Source of the DNA: Anaeromyxobacteraceae bacterium
Lineage (GTDB): Bacteria; Myxococcota; Myxococcia; Myxococcales; Anaeromyxobacteraceae
Direction: 5' to 3'
DNA length: 64,000 nt
Assembly (NCBI GenBank): GCA_047602405.1
Contig: JASGHJ010000001.1
Span: 2,304,001 to 2,368,000, forward strand
Of the stretch, positions 1-10,477 are shown piece after piece (position 1 is the stretch's first letter; every line of letters starts with the position of its first letter). The position numbers and the translations under genes are program-made. A model generated the notes under the pieces. That model saw only the letters and a program-made list of their open reading frames with translations, ran no database searches and was not told where the DNA came from.

Positions 1-2
1 CG

Positions 3-1292
3 ATCGCCCGCTACGAGGAGGTCATCACCACCTACGCGCCCATCCGCGACGAGATCGACGCGATCCTCTCGATGCACGAGGACCCGGTCCGCTACTTCAA
101 CGAGCTCATCGGCCGGCAGGGCAAGAGCTTCGACGTGGCGAGCGTGCTGCCGCCGGCGGCGGTGAAGTGGACGACCGGCAACGAGGAGGTCGCCACCGCG
201 CTCGACATCGTCGGCGCGCTCGACGCCTCCCGGCGCGACGCCCGCGAGGCGGGCCAGCTCGCCGAGCGCATCGACCTCGCGCTGAAGCGCGGCGACGGCA
301 TCGACGCGTTCCCGACGCTGCAGCGGGGCTACGCCTCGGCGGAGGCCATCGAGAACGGCGCCGCGCTGCTCGAGGGCGAGGTGGCGGCGCAGGCCGCCCA
401 GGCCGCCGGCGCGCTCGAGCCCGAGCGCCGGGCGGCGTTCGAGGAGAACCGGGCGCGCGCCGCCGAGCTCCAGGCCCGGCTCGCGCGGCTCCCGCGCTCG
501 CCCGAGGAGGCCGAGGCGCGCCTCAAGCGCCTGCGCGAGCGGCTCGACCAGGTCGACCGCTACGCCTTTCAGCTCACCCAGGCCGTCGACGGCCTGAACG
601 CCGCCATCACCGGCTCCGAGAACTGGCTGCAGCGGTACCGCGGCGAGATCACCGGCGCCGCCGACGACCGGGGCGCCCTCTCCGAGGAGCTGCGCGAGCA
701 CCGCCGCACCGCCGAGCGCTACGCCGAGGAGGCGCAGGCCCTCCGCGACGAGATCGCGAAGGAGCGCGACGCGGTGGTCGGGAGCGACGTCGTCCGCGAG
801 GAGGCCGCGCTGCGCGACGCGTACCTCGAGGCGGTCGCGAGGGAGCGCGAGCTCCTGAAGGGCGCCAACCTCCCGCCCGAGCAGGCGAAGGCGCTCGCCG
901 AGGCCGACGCGCTGGGCGCCCGGCTCGCCGGGCTCCGCGAGCGGGCCCGGGCCGTCGGCGAGAAGCTCCGCGGCGAGGCCGCGCGCCGCGCGGTCGAGGT
1001 GAAGCGCCGGGTCGCCTTCGAGCGCGCGGTGCTCGACGAGCAGGTCACCTCGCTCGACGGCGTGCAGGTGGACGCGAAGGACCTCGTGGGCCGCATCGCC
1101 TTCCGCGCCTTCGGCGAGGTCCGCGGCCAGTTCTACCGGCTCGTGCTCAAGGCCGACGTCGGGCTCATCGACGTCGCCTGGACCCGCAAGCGCGAGCGGC
1201 TCGACAGGATCCAGGAGCTCTCGAGGCAGAAGGGCGAGGAGCTCCAGCGGCTCGACCGCGACTACCGCGCGCTGCTCAGGGAGGTCAACTGA
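3..1292 (+). CDS. C-terminal part of a TPR/coiled-coil protein of a Glt-like cluster (5' end lies outside the window)
   Basis: Frame is open from base 3 (IARYEEVITTYAPIRDEIDAILSMHEDP...). Helical, coiled-coil-like sequence ending LVLKADVGLIDVAW...; directly upstream of gltD/E/F/G-like genes. Confidence 0.75.
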   Translation: MARYEEVITTYAPIRDEIDAILSMHEDPVRYFNELIGRQGKSFDVASVLPPAAVKWTTGNEEVATALDIVGALDASRRDAREAGQLAERIDLALKRGDGIDAFPTLQRGYASAEAIENGAALLEGEVAAQAAQAAGALEPERRAAFEENRARAAELQARLARLPRSPEEAEARLKRLRERLDQVDRYAFQLTQAVDGLNAAITGSENWLQRYRGEITGAADDRGALSEELREHRRTAERYAEEAQALRDEIAKERDAVVGSDVVREEAALRDAYLEAVARERELLKGANLPPEQAKALAEADALGARLAGLRERARAVGEKLRGEAARRAVEVKRRVAFERAVLDEQVTSLDGVQVDAKDLVGRIAFRAFGEVRGQFYRLVLKADVGLIDVAWTRKRERLDRIQELSRQKGEELQRLDRDYRALLREVN

Positions 1293-1294
1293 GC

Positions 1295-4200
1295 GTGAGG
1301 CTGCGCGCCGCCATCGCCGCGCTCGCCGCCGCGGCCCTCGCGCCCGCCGCCCCCGGCGTGGCGCAGGACCCGCCGCCGCCGCCGCCGCCGCCGCCGGTCG
1401 CGCCCGCGGACCGGCCGCCGCTCGGCCGCCCGGGCGCCCCCGTCGCGCCGCAGCCGCAGTCCCAGGCGCCGGTCGCGGCCACGCCCGCGCCGCCCGCGTC
1501 GCCGTTCCTCGCCGCGCCCGCCGGCTACGACCGCTGCGTCGAGAAGGGCGCGGGGCGGCTCGATCGCTCGCGCCTCGGCCTGGCGGCCGCCGAGACGAAG
1601 CCGCCGGTGGGCGACGCGCAGGGCCGCGCCGAGCTCGAGGCGGCCGTCGCGCGCTTCGAGGCCGAGGCCGGCGCGTACCGCGCCGAGGTCCAGCAGATCA
1701 TCCAGAAGCAGTTCGACGAGCGCCGGCGCTTCACCGGCGAGCACTACGAGCAGGCCATCCGCGACCTCGAGGTGCTCGAGCGCAGCGAGCGCGAGGCCGC
1801 CATCGCGCGCTTCGAGGAGTTCATCCGGCGCTACCCGGACGATCCGATCTACACGCCCGACGCGATGTTCCGCCTCGCCGAGCTCCACTACGAGCAGGCG
1901 AACGACGACTTCGAGGCGGCCGCGCAGCGGCAGCAGGCCGACGCCGCCCAGGCGCTGGCCGAGGGCCGCGAGGCGCCGCCCGAGCCGGTGAAGAGCTACG
2001 CCCGCTCGATCGCGCTCTACCAGCGCATCATCACCGGCTTCCCCGACTACAAGTTCGCCCACGGCGTGCAGTACCTGCTCGCGTACTGCCTCGGCGAGAT
2101 GGGGCAGGGCGAGGAGGCCGTCGCGGCGTACCGCGCCCTCATCGACCGCTTCCCGAGGAGCCCGTTCGTGCCCGAGGCCTGGGTCCGCCTCGGCGACTGG
2201 TACTTCGACGACACGCGGGCCGACTCGCTCGACGAGGCGGCCGGCGCGCTCGGGCACATCTTCGAGTACCCGGAGCACCCGCTCTTCGCGAAGGCGGTCT
2301 ACAAGCTCGGCTGGGCCTACTACCGGATGGACGACTTCCCGCACGCCGTCGAGGCGTTCTCGAAGCTGCTCGACCACTACGTCGAGGAGGCGGGGAAGAC
2401 CGGCCAGAAGCCGGGCGGCGAGGTGTGGCCCGAGGCGATCCAGTACTCCGCCATCTCCTTCGCCGACGAGCACGGGGGCGGGGTGGACCGCGCGAAGGCG
2501 TTCTACGCGGGGCTGGGCGGCAGGCCCTACGAGGCGGAGATCTTCCTCCGCCTCGGCGACGTCTACTTCGACGAGACGAAGTACGCGAACGCGGTCGCGG
2601 CCTACAAGGCGTTCCTCGAGCGCCAGCCCCTCGCCCCGGAGGCGCCCTCGGTGCAGGCGAAGATCGTGCTCGCCTGGTCGCGCGACCGCCAGTTCGACAG
2701 GGAGGCCGCCGAGCGCGAGGCCCTCGTCGCCGCCTACCAGGAGGGCTCGCCCTGGTGGCAGAAGAACCAGGGCGACCCGGATTCTGATCGCGAACGTCCG
2801 AGACCTCTCCGAGAAGAGCCTGCTCCGCGCGGCGAGCTTCCACCACGCGCAGGCCCAGGCCTACAAGGGCCAGGGCAAGCTCGAGGCCGCGGTGGCCGAG
2901 TACCGCATCGCCTCCCGCGCCTACGGCGACTACCTGACCCGCTTCCCGCACGCGAAGCAGGTGCACGAGCTCGCCTACAACTGGGCCGACACGCTCTACA
3001 ACGCGCTCGAGTTCGAGAAGGCCGCCCGGGTCTACGCCGCGGTCCGCGACGACCCCGCCGGCGACAGGTTCCGCGGCGACGCCGCCGTCTCGGCGGTCAT
3101 CTCCTGGGAGGGCGAGGTCACCCGCCTGCAGCGCGCCGGGCAGCTGCCGGATCGCAGGGTGCTGCTCTCCACCGACCGCAAGGCCGAGGAGCTCCCGAAG
3201 GTCGAGGCGCTCCCGCCCATCTTCCAGAGCCTCGTGCGCGACTCCGACGCGATGGTCGGCGCGGTGCCGGACCAGGAGAAGGCGCCCGCGATCGCCTACA
3301 AGGCCGCCGAGGTCTTCTACAAGTACAACGACTACGAGGAGGCGCGCTGCCGGTTCGAGGAGGTGGTCGCGCGCTGGCCGGGCTCGGAGGTCGCCACCTT
3401 CGCGGCGAACCTCATCATCGAGAGCTACCTGACCATGAAGGACTGGGACGCGGTGGAGAAGGCCTCCGCCCGCCTGCAGTCCGACAAGGTCGCCTCCAAC
3501 AAGACCCTCAACGCCAGCCTCCAGAAGTTCAAGCTGGGCGGCCGCTTCAACCGCGCCATGCAGCGCATGGACGCGAAGCAGTGGGAGCCCGCCGCGGAGC
3601 TCTTCCTCGCGCTCGTCGCGGAGGACCCGAAGCACGAGTTCGCCGACAAGGCGCTCTTCAACGCGGCCGCCTGCTACGAGGGCGCCCGGCGCTTCGAGAG
3701 CGCGCTCAAGCTCTACGAGCGGATCTACGCCGAGTACCCGCGGTCGACGCTCGCCGACGAGGCGCTGTTCAGGGTCGGCTTCAACGCCGAGAACACCTAC
3801 GAGTTCGAGAAGGCCGTCCAGAAGTACCTCTCCCTCGTCGAGCGCTACCCGAAGTCGAAGCACCGCAAGGACGCGCTCTACAACGCGGCCCGCTCGCTCG
3901 AGAACCTGCAGCAGTACGACGAGGCGGCGAACGCGTTCGTGCGCTACGCGCGCGCCTACCCGGACGCCGACGACGCGGCCCGCACGCTCTTCCACGCCGC
4001 GCTCGTCTACCAGAAGAACGAGGACGTCCGGCGCGAGGTGGCGGCGCTGCAGGACTTCGCGCGCCGCTACGCCCGCACGAAGGAGCACGAGCTCGTCGTG
4101 CAGGCGCACCTCGAGCTCGGCCTCGCCCAGGAGAAGCTGAGGGACCAGAAGAACGCCGTCGCGAGCTGGCGCGCGGCGGTGCGGGAGTTCGCGGCCCGGG

Positions 4201-4871
4201 GCCTGAAGCCCGAGGCGGCGCCGCGCGCGGCGAGCGCCGCCGCCGAGGCGCGCTTCCGCCTCGCCGAGCTCGACTTCGAGAAGTACGACCGGATCACGCT
4301 CCCCGCGACCAGCAACACCGGCAAGCTCAAGAAGGCGCTCGAGGCGAAGCTGGCGGAGGCGAAGAAGGTCGCCCCCCAGTACGACGAGGTGATGCGGTAC
4401 AAGCGGCCGGACTGGATCCTGGCCGCGTTCTACCGCAAGGCCCACCTCCTCGAGCGGCTCGCGCAGACGATCTACGAGGCCCCGCCGCCCCCGGAGTTCA
4501 AGCGGCGCGGGCAGGAGGAGTACCTCGCGGCCTACCAGGACGGGCTCGCGCAGTTCGCCCAGCCGTACGAGGAGCAGGCGGTCAAGGTCTACGTGGACGC
4601 GATCGAGGCCGCCCGGAAGCTGCACGTGAAGAACGAGTGGACGAAGAAGATCGGGGAATCGCTGGCCCGCTACCGGCCCCGCGAGTACCCGGTCCTCAAG
4701 GAGGCGAAGGCGCGGATGGTGACGGAGGACGTCACGCCGCTGCCGCTCGCCGACACGCCAGAGGGGCCTTCGAGGCGGGTGCTGCAGGGCGCTGGTGCGG
4801 AGGTTCCGCCCGTGGTGCCCGAGCCCGCCGCGACGGCCAGCGACGCGCCGGGGAAGACCCCGGCCAAGTGA
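1295..4871 (+). CDS. Large secreted TPR protein, GltD/AgmU-like; apparent +1 frameshift at ~2783
   Basis: GTG at 1295, signal peptide, poly-Pro, many TPR/YfiO-like repeats (PDAMFRLAELHY, PEAWVRLGDWYF). Removing one T in ggattctg (2780-2786) gives QGDPDLIANVRDLSEKSLLRAASFHH, which joins the 2892..4871 ORF. Confidence 0.85.
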
Positions 4872-4891
4872 CCCAGAACGAGAGAGCGACC

Positions 4892-6466
4892 ATGAACCCC
4901 ATGAAGCGCACCATCCTCCTCGCGGCCGCGTTCCTCGCGGCGGCCTGCGCCACCGCCGGCGGCGCGGGCGGCGGCTCCGGCGGCGCGGCCAGCCGCTACA
5001 AGCAGGCGGACAACGTCCCGCCCCGCGCGAACCAGCTCGCCGACGAGATCGAGAGCTCGTACTACGGCAACGGCGCCACCACGCAGGCCCGGGGCGACGA
5101 GGCCGCCCGGTCCGGCAACCTGGACCAGGCCCGCGCCGAGTGGAACCAGGCCGCGGGCATCTACGCCTCCTTCGCGGACAAGTTCCCGTCCAGCGACTGG
5201 GCCCTCAAGATCCGGTACGACGCCGCCTTCCTCTTCTTCCAGTCGCGGCAGTACGAGAGCGCGGCCACCCAGTTCATCAAGGTCTACAACGATCCGAACG
5301 CCCAGCCCGTCACGAAGGCGATGTCGGGCAAGATGCTCGCGATCACCTGGCAGGCGGCCGCGAACGCCGCGCAGAAGGCCGGCAAGATCGAGCCGATGCG
5401 GTTCACCTTCTCCGACCAGCGCGCCGGGAAGCCCCCCGAGCCGCGCGTGCCGCCCGCGGAGTGGAAGCGGTTCATCGACGCGGTGGACCTCTTCCTGCCC
5501 GTCTCCGACGCCGACCCCGAGCTCAAGAAGCCGGCCGCGGAGCGCCAGGGCTCCCCGCCGCCGTACTTCGCCGAGGTCTCCGGCGAGGTGAGCTTCGCGA
5601 ACGACAACATGCTCGACGCGCAGAAGCGCTTCGCGATGGTGCTCGACCGCTGGCCGGAGGAGGCCGAGTACGTCCAGAAGGCCTCCCAGCTGTACCTGCA
5701 GACCTTCCTCATCCTCGGCGACACGGCCGGCCACGAGGCCGCGATCCAGAAGCTCCGCGGCGTCGTCCAGGGCCAGCTCGCGAGGAAGGACGTCACCGAG
5801 GACCACCGGAAGATCTACGGGAAGATCCTCCAGGACCTCGAGAACGCGAACTCGGCGAAGCTCTTCGGCGCCGCCCAGAAGCTCCTCGAGGAGGGCAAGT
5901 TCGCCGAGGCCGGCCAGGCCTTCGAGACCCTCGCCGCCGACCCGAAGGGCGGCGACGCCCCGAACGCGCTGCACAACGCCGCGATCGCGTACGACAAGGC
6001 CGGCCAGAAGGAGAAGGCCGTCGCCATCCGCCAGCGCATCCTGAAGGAGTTCCCGGACTCGAAGACCGCGCCGATGAACCAGATCCAGCTGGCGCTGCGC
6101 GCGACCGAGGCGAAGAAGTACGACGAGGCGGTGAAGTACTACCAGGAGTTCCTGCAGAAGTGGCCGGGTGACCGCAACCGCTGCGTCGCGCTCCAGAACA
6201 TCGCGTCCACCTACGACACCGCGAAGAAGAAGGCCGACGCCGCCCAGGCGTACCTCGCCTTCGGCACCGACGGCGAGTGCGCCAAGCTCGACCCGAACAC
6301 GCTCGCGAAGGTGCTCTTCCGCTCCGGCGCGCTCGCCGAGCAGGTGAAGGACAAGGCGAAGGCGAAGCAGGCGTTCACGGCCTGCGCCGCGCTGCAGGGC
6401 GTGACCGACGTCGTCGCGAAGAGCCAGCAGGACGAGGCGAAGAACCGCCTCAAGGCGCTCAAGTAG
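4892..6466 (+). CDS. TPR-repeat lipoprotein
   Basis: MNPMKRTILLAAAFLAAAC lipobox; TPR-like motifs (APNALHNAAIAYDKAGQ, YQEFLQKWPG). Confidence 0.85.
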   Translation: MNPMKRTILLAAAFLAAACATAGGAGGGSGGAASRYKQADNVPPRANQLADEIESSYYGNGATTQARGDEAARSGNLDQARAEWNQAAGIYASFADKFPSSDWALKIRYDAAFLFFQSRQYESAATQFIKVYNDPNAQPVTKAMSGKMLAITWQAAANAAQKAGKIEPMRFTFSDQRAGKPPEPRVPPAEWKRFIDAVDLFLPVSDADPELKKPAAERQGSPPPYFAEVSGEVSFANDNMLDAQKRFAMVLDRWPEEAEYVQKASQLYLQTFLILGDTAGHEAAIQKLRGVVQGQLARKDVTEDHRKIYGKILQDLENANSAKLFGAAQKLLEEGKFAEAGQAFETLAADPKGGDAPNALHNAAIAYDKAGQKEKAVAIRQRILKEFPDSKTAPMNQIQLALRATEAKKYDEAVKYYQEFLQKWPGDRNRCVALQNIASTYDTAKKKADAAQAYLAFGTDGECAKLDPNTLAKVLFRSGALAEQVKDKAKAKQAFTACAALQGVTDVVAKSQQDEAKNRLKALK

Positions 6467-6471
6467 TCGCC

Positions 6472-7872
6472 ATGGCCCGGCGCGCCCTCCACCTCCCCGT
6501 CGTCGGCCTCGCGGCGCTCCTCGCGCTCGCGGCGGCCGCCGGCTGCGCCTCGACCCAGAAGCCGGCGACCCCGGCCTCCGGGGCGCAGGCGGAGGGGGGC
6601 GCGCCCGCCAGGGTCCCGCCGGGCGGGTTGGTCGACGAGCCCGCCGGCGCCCCGCCCCCGCCGCCCGAGCCGGCCGCGCCCTCCGAGGCCGACCAGAAGA
6701 AGGCCCGGGAGAAGTTCGCCGAGGCCGTCGCGCTCGAGCAGCGCGGCGACCTCGCGCGCGCGGCGGACCGCTTCGAGGACGCGTTCGAGCTCGACCGGCG
6801 CCTCGGCCACGCGGCCGTGAACGCCGGGCTCCTCCGGGAGCGGCAGGACGATCCGAGGCGCGCCCAGTCCGCCTACCTCGCCGCGCTCGCGGCCCTGCCC
6901 GACTTCGCGCCCGCGGCGCGGAACCTCGCCCGGATGCGCATCCGGGCCGGCGACCTCGACGGCGCCGAGCGCGACCTGCGCGCCCGCGCGGCGAAGCTGA
7001 CCGACCCGGTGGGGCTGCGCATCGCGCTCGCCGAGGTGCTGCTCGCCCGTAACAAGGCGCCAGAGGCCGAGCAGGAGCTCAAGAAGGCGCTCAAGGTCGA
7101 CGAGAAGAACGTGCCGGCGATGGTCGCGCTCGCGACCGTCTACCACGCGAAGAAGCGCTACGAGCTCGCCCGCATGGTGCTCGAGAACGCCGCGCAGATC
7201 GATCCGTCCGACGCCGCGGTCCACCACCGGCTGGGCTTCGTCGAGCTCGCGCTCGGCGAGCGGGCCCAGGCGCTCGAGCAGTTCCGCACCGCCGTGCAGC
7301 TCCGCCCCGACTACGCCGAGGCCCAGGCCAACTACGGCGCGATGCTCGCCGACGCCGAGGACCACGACGGCGCCGTGACCGCGCTCGAGGCCGCCGCGCG
7401 CCTCATGCCCGCGAGCGCCAAGGTCTGGAACGACCTCGGCAACGCCTACCGCGGCCAGCGCGCGTTCGAGAAGGCGGAGGCCGCCTACCGGAAGGCCCTC
7501 GCGCTCGACGCCGGCCTCGTGGAGGCGCACTACAACCTCGGCGTCCTCTACCTCGACGGCGACAAGCCCGGCACCCCGGCGCTCTCGCGCGTCGAGCAGG
7601 CGGTCGCCTTCTTCGACACGTACGAGAAGAAGGGCGGCAAGGAGCCGAAGCTCGCCGAGTACCGCAAGGACGCCGCGAAGGCGATCGACCGCGAGAAGAA
7701 GCGGCTCGCCCGCGAGGAGAAGGACCGGGTCCGCAAGGAGGCCGAGGCGAGGCGGAAGGCCGACGAGGACCGGAAGGCGCAGAAGGCGCCGGCCGCCTCG
7801 GACATCCCGCTGCCGCCGCCGCCGCCGGGGACCTCGCTGCAAGGCAAGTCTGCGAAGGGAGGCACGAAGTGA
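6472..7872 (+). CDS. TPR lipoprotein, GltE/AglT-like
   Basis: Lipobox AAGC, Pro-rich linker, canonical TPRs (VWNDLGNAY, AHYNLGVLY); position immediately before gltF/gltG-like genes. Confidence 0.85.
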   Translation: MARRALHLPVVGLAALLALAAAAGCASTQKPATPASGAQAEGGAPARVPPGGLVDEPAGAPPPPPEPAAPSEADQKKAREKFAEAVALEQRGDLARAADRFEDAFELDRRLGHAAVNAGLLRERQDDPRRAQSAYLAALAALPDFAPAARNLARMRIRAGDLDGAERDLRARAAKLTDPVGLRIALAEVLLARNKAPEAEQELKKALKVDEKNVPAMVALATVYHAKKRYELARMVLENAAQIDPSDAAVHHRLGFVELALGERAQALEQFRTAVQLRPDYAEAQANYGAMLADAEDHDGAVTALEAAARLMPASAKVWNDLGNAYRGQRAFEKAEAAYRKALALDAGLVEAHYNLGVLYLDGDKPGTPALSRVEQAVAFFDTYEKKGGKEPKLAEYRKDAAKAIDREKKRLAREEKDRVRKEAEARRKADEDRKAQKAPAASDIPLPPPPPGTSLQGKSAKGGTK

Positions 7873-8141
7873 CCCGTCGCCTGCTTGTGGCCCTGTTCGG
7901 GGCCGTGCTAACGATCCTGCCGATGGCCGGCGCGGCGCAGGACGCCGCGCCCGCCGCCGCGAAGAAGCGAGAGGGGCCGCGCAAGGTGCTCCGGCTCCAG
8001 GAGCTGAAGGTGGAGGGGCGCATCCAGAAGCCCCAGGCCATGTTCCTCATGCCGCGCGCGACGCTGAACTACGGGGAGCTCGACCGGTCCGAGCCGGTCA
8101 CCCCGAGGGTCAAGGCCGCGGTCCAGAAGGCGCCGTTCTAG
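7869..8141 (+). CDS. Small secreted GltF/CglF-like protein
   Basis: 90 aa with signal peptide and the VEGRIQKPQA...PF motif typical of GltF-like proteins; GTGA overlap with the upstream gene. Confidence 0.75.
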   Translation: MTRRLLVALFGAVLTILPMAGAAQDAAPAAAKKREGPRKVLRLQELKVEGRIQKPQAMFLMPRATLNYGELDRSEPVTPRVKAAVQKAPF

Positions 8142-8167
8142 ACCGGTCCCAAGGGAGCGAGACGACC

Positions 8168-9511
8168 ATGGCGGCACAGAAGGTCCTCCGCGTCGGGGTC
8201 ATCCAGGGCGGAAAGATCGTCGAGGAGCGGATCTTCCCGGCGCGCGCGTCGGTGACGATCGGCTCGTCGCAGAAGGCGAGCATCGTCGTCCCGGCCTCGG
8301 ACCTGCCGGCCGCGTACCAGCTCCTCTCGTTCCAGGGCTCCGGCTACGTGCTGCACTTCGAGGAGTCGATGGAGGGGCGCATCCAGAGCCCCCAGGGCGC
8401 CTCCGAGCTCGGCGCGATCATCGCCCAGGGCGGCGCGAAGCAGAGCGGCAAGAGCTACGCGCTGTCGCTCCGGGAGGACCACCGCGGCAAGGTGATGCTC
8501 GGCGAGGTCACCGTCCTCTTCCAGTTCGTCGCGCCGCCGCCCGAGGCCCCGAAGCTCGTGCTGCCGCGCGAGGCGAAGGGCAACCACTTCAAGAGCATGG
8601 ACCGGCTCTTCGTGAGCCTGCTCACGGTGTCCCTGCTCACGCACGGCTCCTGCTACGGCGTCCTCGCGAACACCGAGGTGAAGAAGGAGGTCACCCTCGA
8701 GGAGATCCCGGACCGCTACGCGAAGCTGCTCATCCCCGAGAAGCAGCCCGAGCGCCCGAAGCCCGTCGAGGAGAAGCCCGCCGCCACGACCGAGGCCGCC
8801 CCCGCGAAGCAGGAGGAGGCGAAGGCCGAGCCCGACGCGGGCAAGAAGCAGGGCTCGCCGGCCGAGGACGCGCAGAAGAAGGCCGCGCACGCCGCGGCGG
8901 TCGCGAAGGCGGTGCAGTCGAAGGGCATCCTGAAGGTGCTCGGCTCGCTCGGGCCCGGCGGCGGCGGCGGCGCGGTCGCCGACGTGTTCGGGAGCGGCGG
9001 CGGCATCGGCGACGTCGCGACGGCGCTCTCCGGCGCGGGCGGCGTGGCGGTGGCCACCGACCCCGGCGCGGGCGGCGGGCGCAAGGGCGGCGGGCAGGGC
9101 GGGGCGGCCTCCATCGGCGACCTCGCGACGAGCGGCGGCGGCAACGTCGGCCTCGGCACGAAGAGCGAGGTGCGGGTCTCCGGCTCGGTCGCCACCGAGG
9201 CCGCCGAGATCGACTCCTCCGAGATCGACCAGGGCAAGCTCAACGGCTTCGTGCGCGCGCGCATGGGGCTCGTGAAGGCCTGCTACGAGAACGCCCTCAA
9301 GCGGAACCCGAACCTGAAGGGCAAGCTCACCATCCGGTTCACCATCCTCGAGACGGGCGGGCTCGCGGACATCGTCACCGCGCTCAACACGATCGGCTCG
9401 TCCGACGTCGCGAGCTGCATCATCGGCACGATGCGGACCTGGCGCACGCAGTTCCGGCCGTCCGGGCCGGTGACGGTCGAGTACCCCTTCGTCTTCTCCC
9501 CGGTGAACTGA
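8168..9511 (+). CDS. GltG-like TonB/TolA-like protein (N-terminal FHA-like region, single TM, AgmX/PglI-type C-terminal domain)
   Basis: One TM helix with an S...H motif (SLLTHG), Lys/Glu/Gly-rich linker, C-terminal KACYENALKRNPNLKGKLTIRFTI...VEYPFVF. Confidence 0.85.
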   Translation: MAAQKVLRVGVIQGGKIVEERIFPARASVTIGSSQKASIVVPASDLPAAYQLLSFQGSGYVLHFEESMEGRIQSPQGASELGAIIAQGGAKQSGKSYALSLREDHRGKVMLGEVTVLFQFVAPPPEAPKLVLPREAKGNHFKSMDRLFVSLLTVSLLTHGSCYGVLANTEVKKEVTLEEIPDRYAKLLIPEKQPERPKPVEEKPAATTEAAPAKQEEAKAEPDAGKKQGSPAEDAQKKAAHAAAVAKAVQSKGILKVLGSLGPGGGGGAVADVFGSGGGIGDVATALSGAGGVAVATDPGAGGGRKGGGQGGAASIGDLATSGGGNVGLGTKSEVRVSGSVATEAAEIDSSEIDQGKLNGFVRARMGLVKACYENALKRNPNLKGKLTIRFTILETGGLADIVTALNTIGSSDVASCIIGTMRTWRTQFRPSGPVTVEYPFVFSPVN

Positions 9512-10458
9512 TGAAGGCCGTCCGACTCTCCGAGGTGAAGGAGCTGCTCTCAGGCCAGGCGTTCGCGGCCTGGTGGGCCGAGTACGGCCGCGGGGTCGCC
9601 GCGCTGAAGGACGCGCGGCTGCGCCACGAGGAGCTCGTCGCGCAGGCCGAGATGATGGAGCTGCGCTCCGAGCTCGCGCAGCGCGCCGCGATCGACGCGT
9701 TCTCGCGCAGCGGCGAGGCCGAGGACCGCGGGCGCGGCGAGCAGGCCGAGGCGCAGGCGCTCGAGAACCAGGCCCTCGAGCACGTCGCGATCTACGAGGA
9801 GCACCGCTTCCGCACCTCCGATCTCTGGTACCGCCTCGGCGGGGCCGAGAAGCGCCTCGAGGAGGCGAGGGAGGCCGCAACCTCGGCGCCGGGCGCCGTG
9901 AAGCAGAAGGCGGACGCCGCGCTCGCCGAGGCCGAGAAGGAGCACGCGCGCGTGCGCGGCGACTACGAGGCCTTCGACGGCCGCCGCAACAAGCTCTGGG
10001 AGGACGTCGAGGACGCCTGGTCGCGCAGCTGCGAGCGCGCGCTTCTCGCCGCCGAGCACAGCGTGGGCGCCCGCGCGGTGCGCCGCGAGGCCGAGCGGCT
10101 CTTCAAGGAGGCCGAGGAGCGCCGCACCCGCGCGAAGGCCCTGCGCGCCGAGGCGGACGCCGCCGGCCGCGAGCGCGCCGACGCCGAGCGCAGGCGCGCC
10201 GACCTGCTCCGCGGCGCCGGCGAGCGCTTCGGGTGCCTGGCCGGCGACGGCTGGCTCTACTGGCGCAACCGCGACGACAAGCGGGCCGCGTTCGCGGTCG
10301 CGCTCCAGGACCTGCCCGAGGGCGCGAACCTCGAGGTGAAGGCGCTCTCGATCTACGCCGTGGGGCTGCAGCGCGGCATCGGCCACCTCAATCCGGCCCG
10401 CGAGGGTGCGGCCGCGATCAAGGAGGGGGCGCCGCCCGCCCCGACGGGCGCCGCCTGA
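9511..10458 (+). CDS. Hypothetical coiled-coil protein
   Basis: TGATG coupling to the gltG-like gene; helical, E/A/R-rich; high-GC3 codon usage. Confidence 0.75.
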   Translation: MKAVRLSEVKELLSGQAFAAWWAEYGRGVAALKDARLRHEELVAQAEMMELRSELAQRAAIDAFSRSGEAEDRGRGEQAEAQALENQALEHVAIYEEHRFRTSDLWYRLGGAEKRLEEAREAATSAPGAVKQKADAALAEAEKEHARVRGDYEAFDGRRNKLWEDVEDAWSRSCERALLAAEHSVGARAVRREAERLFKEAEERRTRAKALRAEADAAGRERADAERRRADLLRGAGERFGCLAGDGWLYWRNRDDKRAAFAVALQDLPEGANLEVKALSIYAVGLQRGIGHLNPAREGAAAIKEGAPPAPTGAA

Positions 10459-10477
10459 TCCCCGGAGACGCGACGGG

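Noticed and set aside
1369..1396. (CCG)n microsatellite as a phase-variation tract
   Set aside because: In-frame triplet encoding a poly-Pro linker after the signal peptide; length change would not switch expression.
167..6466. 2099-aa ORF as a single giant protein
   Set aside because: Chimera of off-frame R/G/P-rich sequence, the N-half of the gltD-like gene and the separate lipoprotein starting at 4892; caused by the frameshift and the scarcity of stop codons in GC-rich DNA.
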